Origin: a candidate division WWE3 bacterium UBA1379 | GTDB lineage: Bacteria > Patescibacteriota > WWE3 > UBA101185 > UBA10185 | Length of the DNA: 48,334 bases | Direction: 5' to 3' | Assembly (NCBI GenBank): GCA_002305475.1 | Contig: DBRB01000019.1 | Coordinates: 1 to 48,334 of the forward strand | In this document: one piece after another, positions 36,531 to 46,341 of the stretch | How the letters are laid out: each line of letters begins with the position of its first letter | Numbering within the stretch: the stretch's first letter is position 1 | The notes under the pieces: model-generated | Told to the model about the DNA's origin: nothing | Seen by the model: only the letters and a program-made list of their open reading frames with translations | Databases searched by the model: none | Position numbers and translations under genes: made by a program

Positions 36531-39296
36531 ATGAGATTATTCATGAGGGTGTGTTTTTATAAGAGAAAAACTATTATCGGAGTTCTTCTGATCATTACTG
36601 TTCTAATTGCCATGAATAATCAGGTTTTTGCGGATGAGCAAACTCATCCTTTTTTACTCGTGCGTCCCAATCAATATTCCGACTTAAGATCCAGAAGCAG
36701 TCAGGAACCATGGTCGGGTATGAAAACCAGAGCAATTAACGAATGCACTCAAAGAAGCTTTCCCCCACCTTGCAACGGTAATTTAAACACATCATCAGAT
36801 GAATATCCCGAGCTCAACTCTGAAGCTTTCTGTATGAGAGCAATCATGGGAGCCTGTTCCTTAGCCTACATTTTAGACCCTGATAACAAAGATACATATT
36901 TAAATAAAGTAATAAATACATTACCAAACTGGGAACATATTATTGTTGTTCAGAGTGGGGCGGATGACGGTACCCGCAATACTTCCAATGAATACTATAC
37001 GGATGCAACAGCCGCATACTTTAATACTCTTCTGGCGGTGGATATTATGCATGAGGACCTGACAAACCGACCGGGACCGCAAGACAGCCAGTATCAAAAC
37101 CAGCTGGTATATGCAGAATTTCTTATGGAACAGGAATTTAACCACTTCTATGGCATTACCAAGCCTGTATATAACTTCCAAACTAAAGACGGAAGAACGC
37201 TCTCCTATCATATGCCTTCCAGACATCCTCCTGCTCAGGAAGCAGCATTAATCCTGTGGAAAATATACAAGGGTGAATTTTCTCCTAATGATTCCGATTC
37301 AAATGCACTGCTGTTTGGAGGAATGCTTTCAAATAATTTTCCAGATCCAGATGGTGACGGAGATAACATAGAAGGGTTTCTTCCCGAGCTTTCTGCCCGG
37401 GTTAACAGTTCGGGAGTATATACGGAAGGATCTTCATATGCCTATGCCGGATGGGGTCTGGACAGGGATGAAAGATCACATCTGGTGGATGTTTTGGAAT
37501 TCACAGGCAAAGACACAGAGTTTGGTCTTGATTTCTATACAAATCCAAGATTTCAGGCTTTTTATGAATGGTTATACGGATACGCGTCCACACCTTTCGG
37601 GGTAATGACAAGCTTTGGTGATACATATGCTTTCCGTCAGTTGATTGATTCAGGTCATGGAGGTAATTCCTGGGCAAACAGCTCTCATATCGGTCAGGCA
37701 GGTAAATTCAGCCCCTTGGCAGGAAGTTATGCAGCCTTAAAAACCAGAAATCAGCCGCAGCAGGGAAGACTTTTAAATTATATGCTTTACACACCACTTC
37801 CTCCAAATCAGTATCCGAAAAGCAGAATTTTTCAAAACGGAGGGGGATTTTTCCTATCTCAGCCGGTAGAGGATAAATCATTGTATGCCGCTTTATGGAA
37901 TGTACAAGAACCTACTGAGGGTTCCGTAGTTTTTCATACCCGAAAAGATGTAAATGCCTTGTACATCGCAGCATACGGAACACCTCTTCTTTTGAACGGA
38001 GGATTCTGTGGTACCAGTTCTCCGATAGGACCTGACAGCTGTGCAGGGGTGGATGAAAATGGAGTACAACACAGATTTTCCGGACTTTACCTGGGAGATA
38101 GAGCGATTTCCAATAATGTAGGCTTGGTTAACTATTCCGTAGGCTCTAATTATTTAGAACCTGCGAACGATAACAATCCGTCAAAATTCGGAAGCGGTGT
38201 GTTGGAAGGGTTTACTGCTGAAAAGTTTGATTATGTTTCCGCTTCAACAACGGACAGAAGTACCGGTACGGAAAAAAGTAGTTTGTCTCAAGGAGAACAT
38301 CAGAGAAGTCTGATTTTTATTCATCCCGACAATGGAGCAAACGGTTACTTTATTAGTTTTGATGAATTCTCAGACATTCCGCAGGGAACAGTCCATCTGG
38401 CATGGCATCCGAACGCCGAGTCCCGCCAGGTGATTACCCAAAACACTGAATTCAAAACAACTGCAGCAAGAAAATTTTTTGCGGATAATGAAACGGGACT
38501 TACCTTCTTTTTCGGCACTGAACCGTCAAATATTCAGTTTTACAGAGGAATTATCGCAACAGCGGGGAGTGTAGGGGCCTATGTTCCGGAATATTTCTTA
38601 AACACATACCCAATTTCCGGAGCTAAAAATATTGTCACAGTTTTATTCCCACATGATTCGAGCCATATAAAAGCAGTTATGCAGAGAATTTCCGAATCAA
38701 ATATCAGCGGAGCAAGAGTTGATCATGGCAATAACCTTATTGATTTAGTGCTTGAATCAAACGCAGAATCAGCGGTCACTTATGAAAACAGTATATTCCA
38801 GGCAAAAGCGGCAATAATTAGAAAACAGGGAACAAATATAAACAGTTTTTTTATTAGAAAAGGAAGATCATTCAGAAACAATCAGTCAGATACTTATGGA
38901 TTTACCAGCCAAAGTGATATCAGCATCTATCTGAACAACAATATAGGTATGATAGTTTCTCCCAATACAAACGTCACGTTCAGATATCCCGGTATTGAAG
39001 CCGTGAAAATCAACGACCAAATAGTAACACCGATATCCTCACAGCAGGGAAGTATAACTGTCTCTGTACCGGCGGGTACTCACAGCATTGAACTCACTAC
39101 TGATAATTCCACCCCATCCCCCACACCTGTTCCTGGTGATGCCAATAATGACGGGAAAATTGATGGTTTGGATTATGTAGTCTGGCTGACTCACTACAAT
39201 ACCAATGCATCGGGTGCTCAAAACGGGGATTTTAATAATAATGGTAGAGTAGACGGCTTGGATTATGTAATATGGTTAAATAACTATGGAAGTTAA
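36531..39296 (+). CDS. Secreted heparinase II/III-like (polysaccharide-lyase fold) protein with C-terminal dockerin
   Basis: Signal peptide ending VFA; HPFLL start, EGSSY, FGD, H..D.N..AYG..LL..G; Pro/Thr linker; duplicated DxNxDG Ca-binding loops. Confidence 0.7.
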   Translation: MRLFMRVCFYKRKTIIGVLLIITVLIAMNNQVFADEQTHPFLLVRPNQYSDLRSRSSQEPWSGMKTRAINECTQRSFPPPCNGNLNTSSDEYPELNSEAFCMRAIMGACSLAYILDPDNKDTYLNKVINTLPNWEHIIVVQSGADDGTRNTSNEYYTDATAAYFNTLLAVDIMHEDLTNRPGPQDSQYQNQLVYAEFLMEQEFNHFYGITKPVYNFQTKDGRTLSYHMPSRHPPAQEAALILWKIYKGEFSPNDSDSNALLFGGMLSNNFPDPDGDGDNIEGFLPELSARVNSSGVYTEGSSYAYAGWGLDRDERSHLVDVLEFTGKDTEFGLDFYTNPRFQAFYEWLYGYASTPFGVMTSFGDTYAFRQLIDSGHGGNSWANSSHIGQAGKFSPLAGSYAALKTRNQPQQGRLLNYMLYTPLPPNQYPKSRIFQNGGGFFLSQPVEDKSLYAALWNVQEPTEGSVVFHTRKDVNALYIAAYGTPLLLNGGFCGTSSPIGPDSCAGVDENGVQHRFSGLYLGDRAISNNVGLVNYSVGSNYLEPANDNNPSKFGSGVLEGFTAEKFDYVSASTTDRSTGTEKSSLSQGEHQRSLIFIHPDNGANGYFISFDEFSDIPQGTVHLAWHPNAESRQVITQNTEFKTTAARKFFADNETGLTFFFGTEPSNIQFYRGIIATAGSVGAYVPEYFLNTYPISGAKNIVTVLFPHDSSHIKAVMQRISESNISGARVDHGNNLIDLVLESNAESAVTYENSIFQAKAAIIRKQGTNINSFFIRKGRSFRNNQSDTYGFTSQSDISIYLNNNIGMIVSPNTNVTFRYPGIEAVKINDQIVTPISSQQGSITVSVPAGTHSIELTTDNSTPSPTPVPGDANNDGKIDGLDYVVWLTHYNTNASGAQNGDFNNNGRVDGLDYVIWLNNYGS
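39132..39296 (+). repeat. Dockerin-encoding repeat, copy 1 (165 bp)
   Basis: PGDANNDGKIDGLDYVVWLTHYNTNASGAQNGDFNNNGRVDGLDYVIWLNNY; near-identical DNA to the other three copies. Confidence 0.95.
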
Positions 39297-39307
39297 ATAG
39301 CAATATA

Positions 39308-41977
39308 ATGACTAATAAGATAATTGCATTTAAATATCCGGGAATAAAAAACTTAGTATTTTTTGTGTCTTTGATTATCTGCGGATTCGCTATACCAAAG
39401 GTTTTTGCGTCCGAATCAAGTTCTTTATCAATTTCCCAGCCTACAACCAATTCTGGTTCTTACCCGGGAGGTACTGTACCCAAATATGAAAAGTTTGAAA
39501 TTACATTTCAAATAAATGGAAGTACTGCCCAAAACTATCAGCTTCCGTATGATTCCAACCCTCCGGCAGGAATTGAATCCGGTACCGGAATCACCGTAAA
39601 TGCCCGATTTACACCCGATAACTGGCAAACTGTTTATACCATTCCGGCATTCTATTATGAGGAATATCTTGATGAAATAAAAAGTAATAATGAATGGTTC
39701 TATCCGACCGGTAATTACTTCTGGAAAGTTAGGTTCACACCATCCTCAGCTGGATCATGGAAGTACAAAATAACTATAGAAGATTCTTCAGGTACTTTTG
39801 AGTCAGGAGAATATTCTTTTAATGTATCCAATTCCGCAAATCCGGGGTTTATTAGGGTCAGCAGCAAAGATCCAAGATACTTTGAATTTGAAAATGGGCA
39901 ATACTTCCCTGCTCTCGGATACAATATGAACTACAACCACATTGATTGGGTAAGTCCTGTGTTAAGAAATCAGTCCAATTTTGAAAGTATGGGGGATAAC
40001 GGAATTCAGCTGATAAGAATATGGTTATCGGAATGGTCAATCTTCGGATCCGGATGGAATCCCTGGTACGGTGTAAGAAATGATCATGATGGATATATAC
40101 CCCGTACGGGATTGACCATCTACGGAAGTGACGATCCTGTATCCGCCCAAATGACACTGGGTTATGGTGAAGATGCTTCCGGAAACAAGAATACCTCCTG
40201 GTATGATGCGTGCAGATTTATCGGCGGACAACAAGCAAGAGCGGCTGTAAAACAGAATACTAAATATCATATAAGAATCAGGTACAAAACCACAGGAGTC
40301 AGCGGACCAAGAAACGTAAACTATTCTGATTATGGTCTGGTAGCAAAAATTCAAAATCCCACAAACGGCAACTGGCATACAACCTGTTATGAACCGGGGG
40401 AACCGCAAAACGGTATTAAAGTATCCTACACATACGGAAAATCCGAAGAGTGGGCATATCTGGAAGGCGAATGGAACTCGGGAAACAACAACTTCCTTCC
40501 CAATTTTTATCTGGCTCTGGAAAATGTTAATGCCTTAAATCCTCAAACCGGTACCCGAGCATACGCATATATTGATACTGTTTTTGTCGGAGAAGATTTG
40601 GGTAATAATAGCTACGGCCCGAACATCATCACCAAACCCTCCATGGAACATCATAAATATTTCATGCAGAGAAACTCGTATGCTTTTGACAAAGTACTGG
40701 ATCTAGCTGAAGAAAATGGAGTATATATCAGACCTGTAATACTGGAAAAAAACGATGATATCCAAAACTTTATCGGCAGTGATGGAAAACAGGCACCAAG
40801 CAGCAATAATAATTTCTACGGAAACGGTCAAAACATTACGTATATCCGCTGGTATCAGATGGCTTGGTGGAGATATCTTCAAGCCAGATGGGGGTATTCA
40901 ACCAGCATCCATTCCTGGGAATTATTAAATGAAGGAGATCCGAACAGTACCAGACATTCGTCCATGGCAGATGCATTTGCTCAGTATATGCATCAATTCC
41001 GTCCGAACGATCACCTGGTATCAACTTCAAATTGGCATTCCTATCCCGCAGCTTTCTGGAATAATTGCCCTAACTGCGACTTTACAGATGTACACAGATA
41101 TGTAGATAAGGAAACGAACAGTTCGCATTTTTATGACACCTCCATGGCAACCTATGAATACAGCAATAATATCTTCCAGACAAAACAGTCCGGAGGAATA
41201 AATAAACCGGTAATCAGAGGAGAAACGGGATTTACCAACAGCGGAACAGGACCGGCATCGGAGGAACTGCTTGCTGATACACAGGGTATCTGGCTGCATA
41301 ATTTTATCTGGGGAGGAGTTAACCCGGGAGCATTAATAGAATCTTACTGGTACGAGAATGTACACATTTATAACAGCAACGATGATCACAGAAATCAATA
41401 CTTGAATTATTATAATTTTATAAAAGATATTCCACTGAATAACGGAAATTATACGGATGCTCAGGCAGATATATCAAATTCCGATATAAGAGCGTGGGGT
41501 CAGAAGGACCTGGTAAATAAGAGAGCTCATTTATGGATATCAAATAGACATCATACTTGGAGTAATGTGGTAAACGGATCAGATATACCTGAATTATCCG
41601 GAACAGTAACCATTAAAGGATTTGATCCCAATACTCAGTACAGACTTGAGAACTGGAACACATATACAGGAACCATAACAGCAGTCAGTAACATTACTTC
41701 TGATACTCAAGGAGATATAACCATCCAGGTAAATTCTCTTAATAATGATTATGCAATCAGAATTGGTAATTACGATATAGAACCCACACCTACTCCAACT
41801 CCTACCCCATTTCCGGGAGACGCCAATAATGATGGAAAAGTGGACGGTCTGGATTATGTGGTCTGGCTGACTCACTACAATACAAACGTATCAGGTGCTC
41901 AGAACGGGGATTTTAACAACAGTGGAAGAGTGGACGGTTTGGATTATGTGATCTGGTTAAACAATTACACAAGATAA
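39308..41977 (+). CDS. Secreted clan GH-A (GH5-like) glycoside hydrolase with DUF5060-like N-domain, inserted CBM-like domain and dockerin
   Basis: Signal peptide; VPKYEKFEITF..WKVRFTP; WELLNE (acid/base) and KPVIRGETG (nucleophile); PT linker; dockerin. Confidence 0.75.
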   Translation: MTNKIIAFKYPGIKNLVFFVSLIICGFAIPKVFASESSSLSISQPTTNSGSYPGGTVPKYEKFEITFQINGSTAQNYQLPYDSNPPAGIESGTGITVNARFTPDNWQTVYTIPAFYYEEYLDEIKSNNEWFYPTGNYFWKVRFTPSSAGSWKYKITIEDSSGTFESGEYSFNVSNSANPGFIRVSSKDPRYFEFENGQYFPALGYNMNYNHIDWVSPVLRNQSNFESMGDNGIQLIRIWLSEWSIFGSGWNPWYGVRNDHDGYIPRTGLTIYGSDDPVSAQMTLGYGEDASGNKNTSWYDACRFIGGQQARAAVKQNTKYHIRIRYKTTGVSGPRNVNYSDYGLVAKIQNPTNGNWHTTCYEPGEPQNGIKVSYTYGKSEEWAYLEGEWNSGNNNFLPNFYLALENVNALNPQTGTRAYAYIDTVFVGEDLGNNSYGPNIITKPSMEHHKYFMQRNSYAFDKVLDLAEENGVYIRPVILEKNDDIQNFIGSDGKQAPSSNNNFYGNGQNITYIRWYQMAWWRYLQARWGYSTSIHSWELLNEGDPNSTRHSSMADAFAQYMHQFRPNDHLVSTSNWHSYPAAFWNNCPNCDFTDVHRYVDKETNSSHFYDTSMATYEYSNNIFQTKQSGGINKPVIRGETGFTNSGTGPASEELLADTQGIWLHNFIWGGVNPGALIESYWYENVHIYNSNDDHRNQYLNYYNFIKDIPLNNGNYTDAQADISNSDIRAWGQKDLVNKRAHLWISNRHHTWSNVVNGSDIPELSGTVTIKGFDPNTQYRLENWNTYTGTITAVSNITSDTQGDITIQVNSLNNDYAIRIGNYDIEPTPTPTPTPFPGDANNDGKVDGLDYVVWLTHYNTNVSGAQNGDFNNSGRVDGLDYVIWLNNYTR
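41813..41977 (+). repeat. Dockerin-encoding repeat, copy 2 (165 bp)
   Basis: KVDG/NVSG variant of the same module. Confidence 0.95.
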
Positions 41978-42007
41978 AAAAATATTGATATGATTTGATA
42001 TACAAGA

Positions 42008-45007
42008 ATGAATAGACGATCATATATAACAATCATTCTGATAATATTTCCCTCACTGTTTATCGCTGCAATAGGGACAAAACAGTTTTTTACAATATCG
42101 CCGGTTAGAGCGGAATCCGATGCTGACTGGTATATGTCGGGTGCGAATCCGAATCGAACTAGCTGGATTAGCGAGGAAGTAGACACCAATTTGAATGTTG
42201 AGTGGTACCGACCGATTGAAGCATATATTCCTCAGCACTTTCAGTTGATTACAGTAAATAATCTTATTTACGTTGCCACGGCAAACGGATTGTATGCTCT
42301 TCGGGCAGAAAACGGAGATCTGGCATGGAGATTTGATACTGAAATGCCGATGGGAAATTCCCCCACTGTATTTGAAGGAAAAGTTTATATCGGAAATTTC
42401 GATAAAAAACTCTATGTTCTGGATGCAGCGAACGGAAGTTTGTTGTGGTCTTTTGACGGAGCGGTTGCCGGATACAGCGTTAATCCGATCGTGATCAGAG
42501 ATTCTTATACGAATAATCAACCCATAATTCTAACCGGAAACAGGGATGGTAATTTCTATGCTATTGGCGGACATGGTCATCCCCAACAAGGTCAGGTACT
42601 TTGGAAATATTCTATGCCAAACAATAGCCCCATCCAGATGTCAGCTGCCTACAAAGAAGGAATAGTCTATACCACCGCCATGAATAACAGACTATATGCA
42701 TTGCGTGTGAACACATCCAACCCGTCAGGATCTCTTGTCTGGCAAACAGAGCCATTCATGGGAGACACATTTGCTGCATACTGGCCTGTTATTTACCGGG
42801 ATAAAGTGATTGTTGTCAAATCTTCAGATATCACGGACGGGTTAAGGCCGGGGGGTAGCTCACTTACCTCACCTACCGGCACCAGATACGGAACATTTAA
42901 TGCAGCGGAAACAGCTGATATTGGTGCTCTAAGTCCCGACGGTTCCATCGGAGAACGTATATCCTCGCTTCCTTGGTCCGGCGGGTATGATGTAACAAAC
43001 TCCAGGTATGCATTGGAATATCTGGAGGAACCAACACCGGAAGAAATCCAGAATGATCCGGCAGGTTTAAACCGGCATAATCATAAACCTTGGCGAAGAG
43101 AATACTATGTTATCAATCAGTCTGACGGAAAAGAATTCACGTTTGATTCCGATGGTGACGGATTAAAAGAGTATATTCCCGTACTATATTGGAGGGCAGA
43201 ATCAGGTCCGATGTATCCTCCTGTTGTCGGACCGAATAATATCGCATACATTACGGCACGTTATCTGCGGGGATATGTGATGGGATGGAATATCGATCAA
43301 CCTCAATACTTAAGTTTTCCTGATTCCACAAGTTTTGCCCTGGATGAACCAGCGGGATTATCCATGGGTGGTAACAGAATTAACGTATCTCTGTGCTGTG
43401 ACAGACCTGCCCATTCTTTTTCCGCCAATTCAGCTCAGCCGATCAGAACATACTGGAGCTATACTTTGGACGGAAGCGGAAAAGCACCAGGATATGATGA
43501 AATGTGGCAGCTGTTTCCGGTAAATATATCCAGGCATCAGGCTACATATGTAGGTGCTATGGACTGGTACGGAACCTCCGATGACGGTGTCAAAACAACA
43601 AATGCTTCCTTTCACAGCCATGGTGTACAAAATCCTCTGATTCCCCATCAAGGCAGAAAATTTATTCATAGAAGCAACGCCATAATAGCTTTAGGACCGG
43701 GAACCCCTCAGGGTAAAAAATCCTATCTTCCGATTCAGGAAGTTCAGACACCAGTCAGAACACTAAATCTAAACAGTCTGCTTGATACTGAAATAAATAA
43801 AATGATAGATGCCGGACATTTAAAGCCCGGTTATCATGTTCAGAACCAGTTTTCTCTGACACTATACGGATCATTACCGCATTATTTTGCATTTCCTGCC
43901 GATACCCTTATGGTATTAAGCATGGCATATCCTCACCTTTCCGATCAGACAAAAAATCGTTTATCTACATACATAAGAGAAGAATGGGATATGTACTTCT
44001 ATCCGACCGCGTATGCTACCAGAGGGTGGGCAGATGGAGTCGCCAGGCATCCGATACCTCTTGCACCGGAAGTCTCTTCTGATTTCAATAATCTGCAAAA
44101 ATCCGCTCAGGCATCCGGTCATATCTGGCAATACCCACAGCAAGGAATTTACGGAATGTGGAAATATGCCCTTAATGTACCGGAATCTCAAAGACCATCA
44201 ATACAGCAGATTTATTCAGTAGCAAAAAGCAAAATCCAGGTACCTGCTACCTCTGACCCGACATGGATGCAAAGAAAACCGTACGAAATAAATGCATGGA
44301 TAGCAGGATATTACGGATTTTTGGAACTTTATAAGCTCGCCGGATCTCCGACAGCGGATAGCACGTTAAAAAATAGTGTTCAAAGTGAATACGATCGACT
44401 GCTGGAGTGGAGAGCATCAGCATTCACTAAGGAATCGTGGGCATATCCGGATATGCAGGTTCAGCATAAGCTTGATACCACCAGAAATTTTATTTGGTTA
44501 ACGCCTGAGCTGGCTGACCATCTTGAAAATTCTATTTTGGAAAAAGTCAATGAAGCATTGGATGAATACTTGTATCTTAACCCTTACTGGTTTGTCAGCC
44601 GGTTTGAAAATGATCTTGGGGAATCAACCAATCAGACTCTTTATAATTATCATGCATTATTCCTCGCTAACGCTTGGATTAAAAATGAACCACAGGAACA
44701 GTTGATCAAATACCTTGATGCTCCTGCTTTCGAAAGAGGAGATTTATTTTATATCCAAAATCTGATCACCACTATAGAAGCTCCCGGCGATGGAAATCAA
44801 CCTGCTCCGACACCTTCTTCCTCCCCAACCCCACCTCCTGTTCCGGGAGACGCCAATAATGATGGAAAAGTGGACGGTCTGGATTATGTAGTCTGGCTGA
44901 CTCACTACAATACCAATGCATCGGGTGCTCAAAACGGGGATTTTAATAATAATGGTAGAGTAGACGGCTTGGATTATGTAATATGGTTAAATAATTATAC
45001 GAATTAA
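42008..45007 (+). CDS. Secreted PQQ-like beta-propeller protein with helical C-domain and dockerin
   Basis: Signal/TM segment; W..GANPNRT; repeated LYAL.A.NG.L.W blades; PT linker; dockerin. Confidence 0.75.
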   Translation: MNRRSYITIILIIFPSLFIAAIGTKQFFTISPVRAESDADWYMSGANPNRTSWISEEVDTNLNVEWYRPIEAYIPQHFQLITVNNLIYVATANGLYALRAENGDLAWRFDTEMPMGNSPTVFEGKVYIGNFDKKLYVLDAANGSLLWSFDGAVAGYSVNPIVIRDSYTNNQPIILTGNRDGNFYAIGGHGHPQQGQVLWKYSMPNNSPIQMSAAYKEGIVYTTAMNNRLYALRVNTSNPSGSLVWQTEPFMGDTFAAYWPVIYRDKVIVVKSSDITDGLRPGGSSLTSPTGTRYGTFNAAETADIGALSPDGSIGERISSLPWSGGYDVTNSRYALEYLEEPTPEEIQNDPAGLNRHNHKPWRREYYVINQSDGKEFTFDSDGDGLKEYIPVLYWRAESGPMYPPVVGPNNIAYITARYLRGYVMGWNIDQPQYLSFPDSTSFALDEPAGLSMGGNRINVSLCCDRPAHSFSANSAQPIRTYWSYTLDGSGKAPGYDEMWQLFPVNISRHQATYVGAMDWYGTSDDGVKTTNASFHSHGVQNPLIPHQGRKFIHRSNAIIALGPGTPQGKKSYLPIQEVQTPVRTLNLNSLLDTEINKMIDAGHLKPGYHVQNQFSLTLYGSLPHYFAFPADTLMVLSMAYPHLSDQTKNRLSTYIREEWDMYFYPTAYATRGWADGVARHPIPLAPEVSSDFNNLQKSAQASGHIWQYPQQGIYGMWKYALNVPESQRPSIQQIYSVAKSKIQVPATSDPTWMQRKPYEINAWIAGYYGFLELYKLAGSPTADSTLKNSVQSEYDRLLEWRASAFTKESWAYPDMQVQHKLDTTRNFIWLTPELADHLENSILEKVNEALDEYLYLNPYWFVSRFENDLGESTNQTLYNYHALFLANAWIKNEPQEQLIKYLDAPAFERGDLFYIQNLITTIEAPGDGNQPAPTPSSSPTPPPVPGDANNDGKVDGLDYVVWLTHYNTNASGAQNGDFNNNGRVDGLDYVIWLNNYTN
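44843..45007 (+). repeat. Dockerin-encoding repeat, copy 3 (165 bp)
   Basis: KVDG/NASG variant. Confidence 0.95.
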
Positions 45008-45012
45008 AAAAT

Positions 45013-46341
45013 ATGAAAAAATTACTGATTTTAATATTTGTATCTTTAACAGTTTTATTTATCTCACCTGCTGTAACTTATGCCAGAGTAGATCCGAATT
45101 TGCGTCAAAGACTACAGGAAGGACCGATTATCGTGGATCATACATCACTTAATCTGTTTGATCAGATTCCGGATACCTATTTAAATTACGCCAGAGATAT
45201 CAAATTTCTTTTCTCCGACAGATCCGTAGGTCAGAATACAAATGAGGCACTGGACTGTCTAGCCACATTTTCAGGCTCAGGTGACAGGGATGGTGACGGA
45301 CAGCTGGATTATGACGAAACACCCGCACATTGCAGAAGAAACTGGCGAGGAGACAATATCAACAGCGGAGTAATAGACTTATATAATTCACCTGAAGAAG
45401 CACCTGAATGGTTCAGATTAAATCCAGATCATATTAAATACAACCGTTCCAACTGGACTTTTGAATTCAGAGCGGACAACTGGTACGGTCTGACTCTTGA
45501 TTATGTTGACCCGACAAACGGTCTGGCTAATACATATATTAACCAAGGATACGATGCATTATCCTATCAGTTTAGTTATCTGAATATCAGTGATTCCTCG
45601 CTGATAGATCCGAATTGCGGATTTTTTGCTACTGGTAACAGATCAAGTTGTCCGGCATATCTTCGTGATGCACATATCGGTAGAATAGAACAGCTTCAGC
45701 AACAGAATCCCGATAAAGTTTTTATCTTTTTCACCACAAGTTTATCCAGAGGTGCTGGTACCCATGAAGGAGAGGTATTTAATAACCAGATGAGAGAATA
45801 TGCACGCACACACAATTTTATTCTTTTTGATTTTGCCGATATTGAATCTCATAATCCTGCCGGTCAGCCTTGCTACGACGGAAGAGACGGGATTCCCTAC
45901 ACATATGGTTCAGTATCAGAAAATGATCCGGATGACGGATTTAATTATCCGGCAATATGTCAAAATTACACAACGGAATATCCTGGAGGACATCTGGGGA
46001 CAGCCTCAGGGGGTAAGGTGCGAATTGCAAAAGGTCTTTGGGTCTTAATGGCCCAAATAGCAGGTTGGGATCCCGGTTCTATCACGCCTACGCCTACATC
46101 AACACCCACTCCTACACCCACACAAACCCCTACGCCTACACCAACACCCACTCCTACACCATCTCTTCCTCCTGTTCCGGGTGATGCCAATAATGACGGA
46201 AAAATTGATGGTTTGGATTATGTAGTCTGGCTGACTCACTACAATACAAACGTATCAGGTGCTCAAAACGGGGATTTTAATAATAATGGTAGAGTAGACG
46301 GTTTGGATTATGTAATATGGTTAAACAACTACACAGGTTAA
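45013..46341 (+). CDS. Secreted protein (possible SGNH-like hydrolase) with long Pro/Thr linker and dockerin
   Basis: Signal peptide; DRSVG, FDFADIES and GHL resemble SGNH blocks; (TP)n linker at about 46084-46160. Confidence 0.6.
   Translation: MKKLLILIFVSLTVLFISPAVTYARVDPNLRQRLQEGPIIVDHTSLNLFDQIPDTYLNYARDIKFLFSDRSVGQNTNEALDCLATFSGSGDRDGDGQLDYDETPAHCRRNWRGDNINSGVIDLYNSPEEAPEWFRLNPDHIKYNRSNWTFEFRADNWYGLTLDYVDPTNGLANTYINQGYDALSYQFSYLNISDSSLIDPNCGFFATGNRSSCPAYLRDAHIGRIEQLQQQNPDKVFIFFTTSLSRGAGTHEGEVFNNQMREYARTHNFILFDFADIESHNPAGQPCYDGRDGIPYTYGSVSENDPDDGFNYPAICQNYTTEYPGGHLGTASGGKVRIAKGLWVLMAQIAGWDPGSITPTPTSTPTPTPTQTPTPTPTPTPTPSLPPVPGDANNDGKIDGLDYVVWLTHYNTNVSGAQNGDFNNNGRVDGLDYVIWLNNYTG
46177..46341 (+). 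repeat. Dockerin-encoding repeat, copy 4 (165 bp)
   Basis: KIDG/NVSG variant. Confidence 0.95.

Noticed and set aside
45966-46190. Minus-strand GV-repeat ORF
   Set aside because: Reverse-complement reading of the Pro/Thr linker codons.
39132-46341. Dockerin repeats as a CRISPR array or DGR template/variable repeats
   Set aside because: The repeats are 165-bp in-frame coding modules kilobases apart. Differences are mostly synonymous and not adenine-specific, and no cas or reverse transcriptase gene is in the window.
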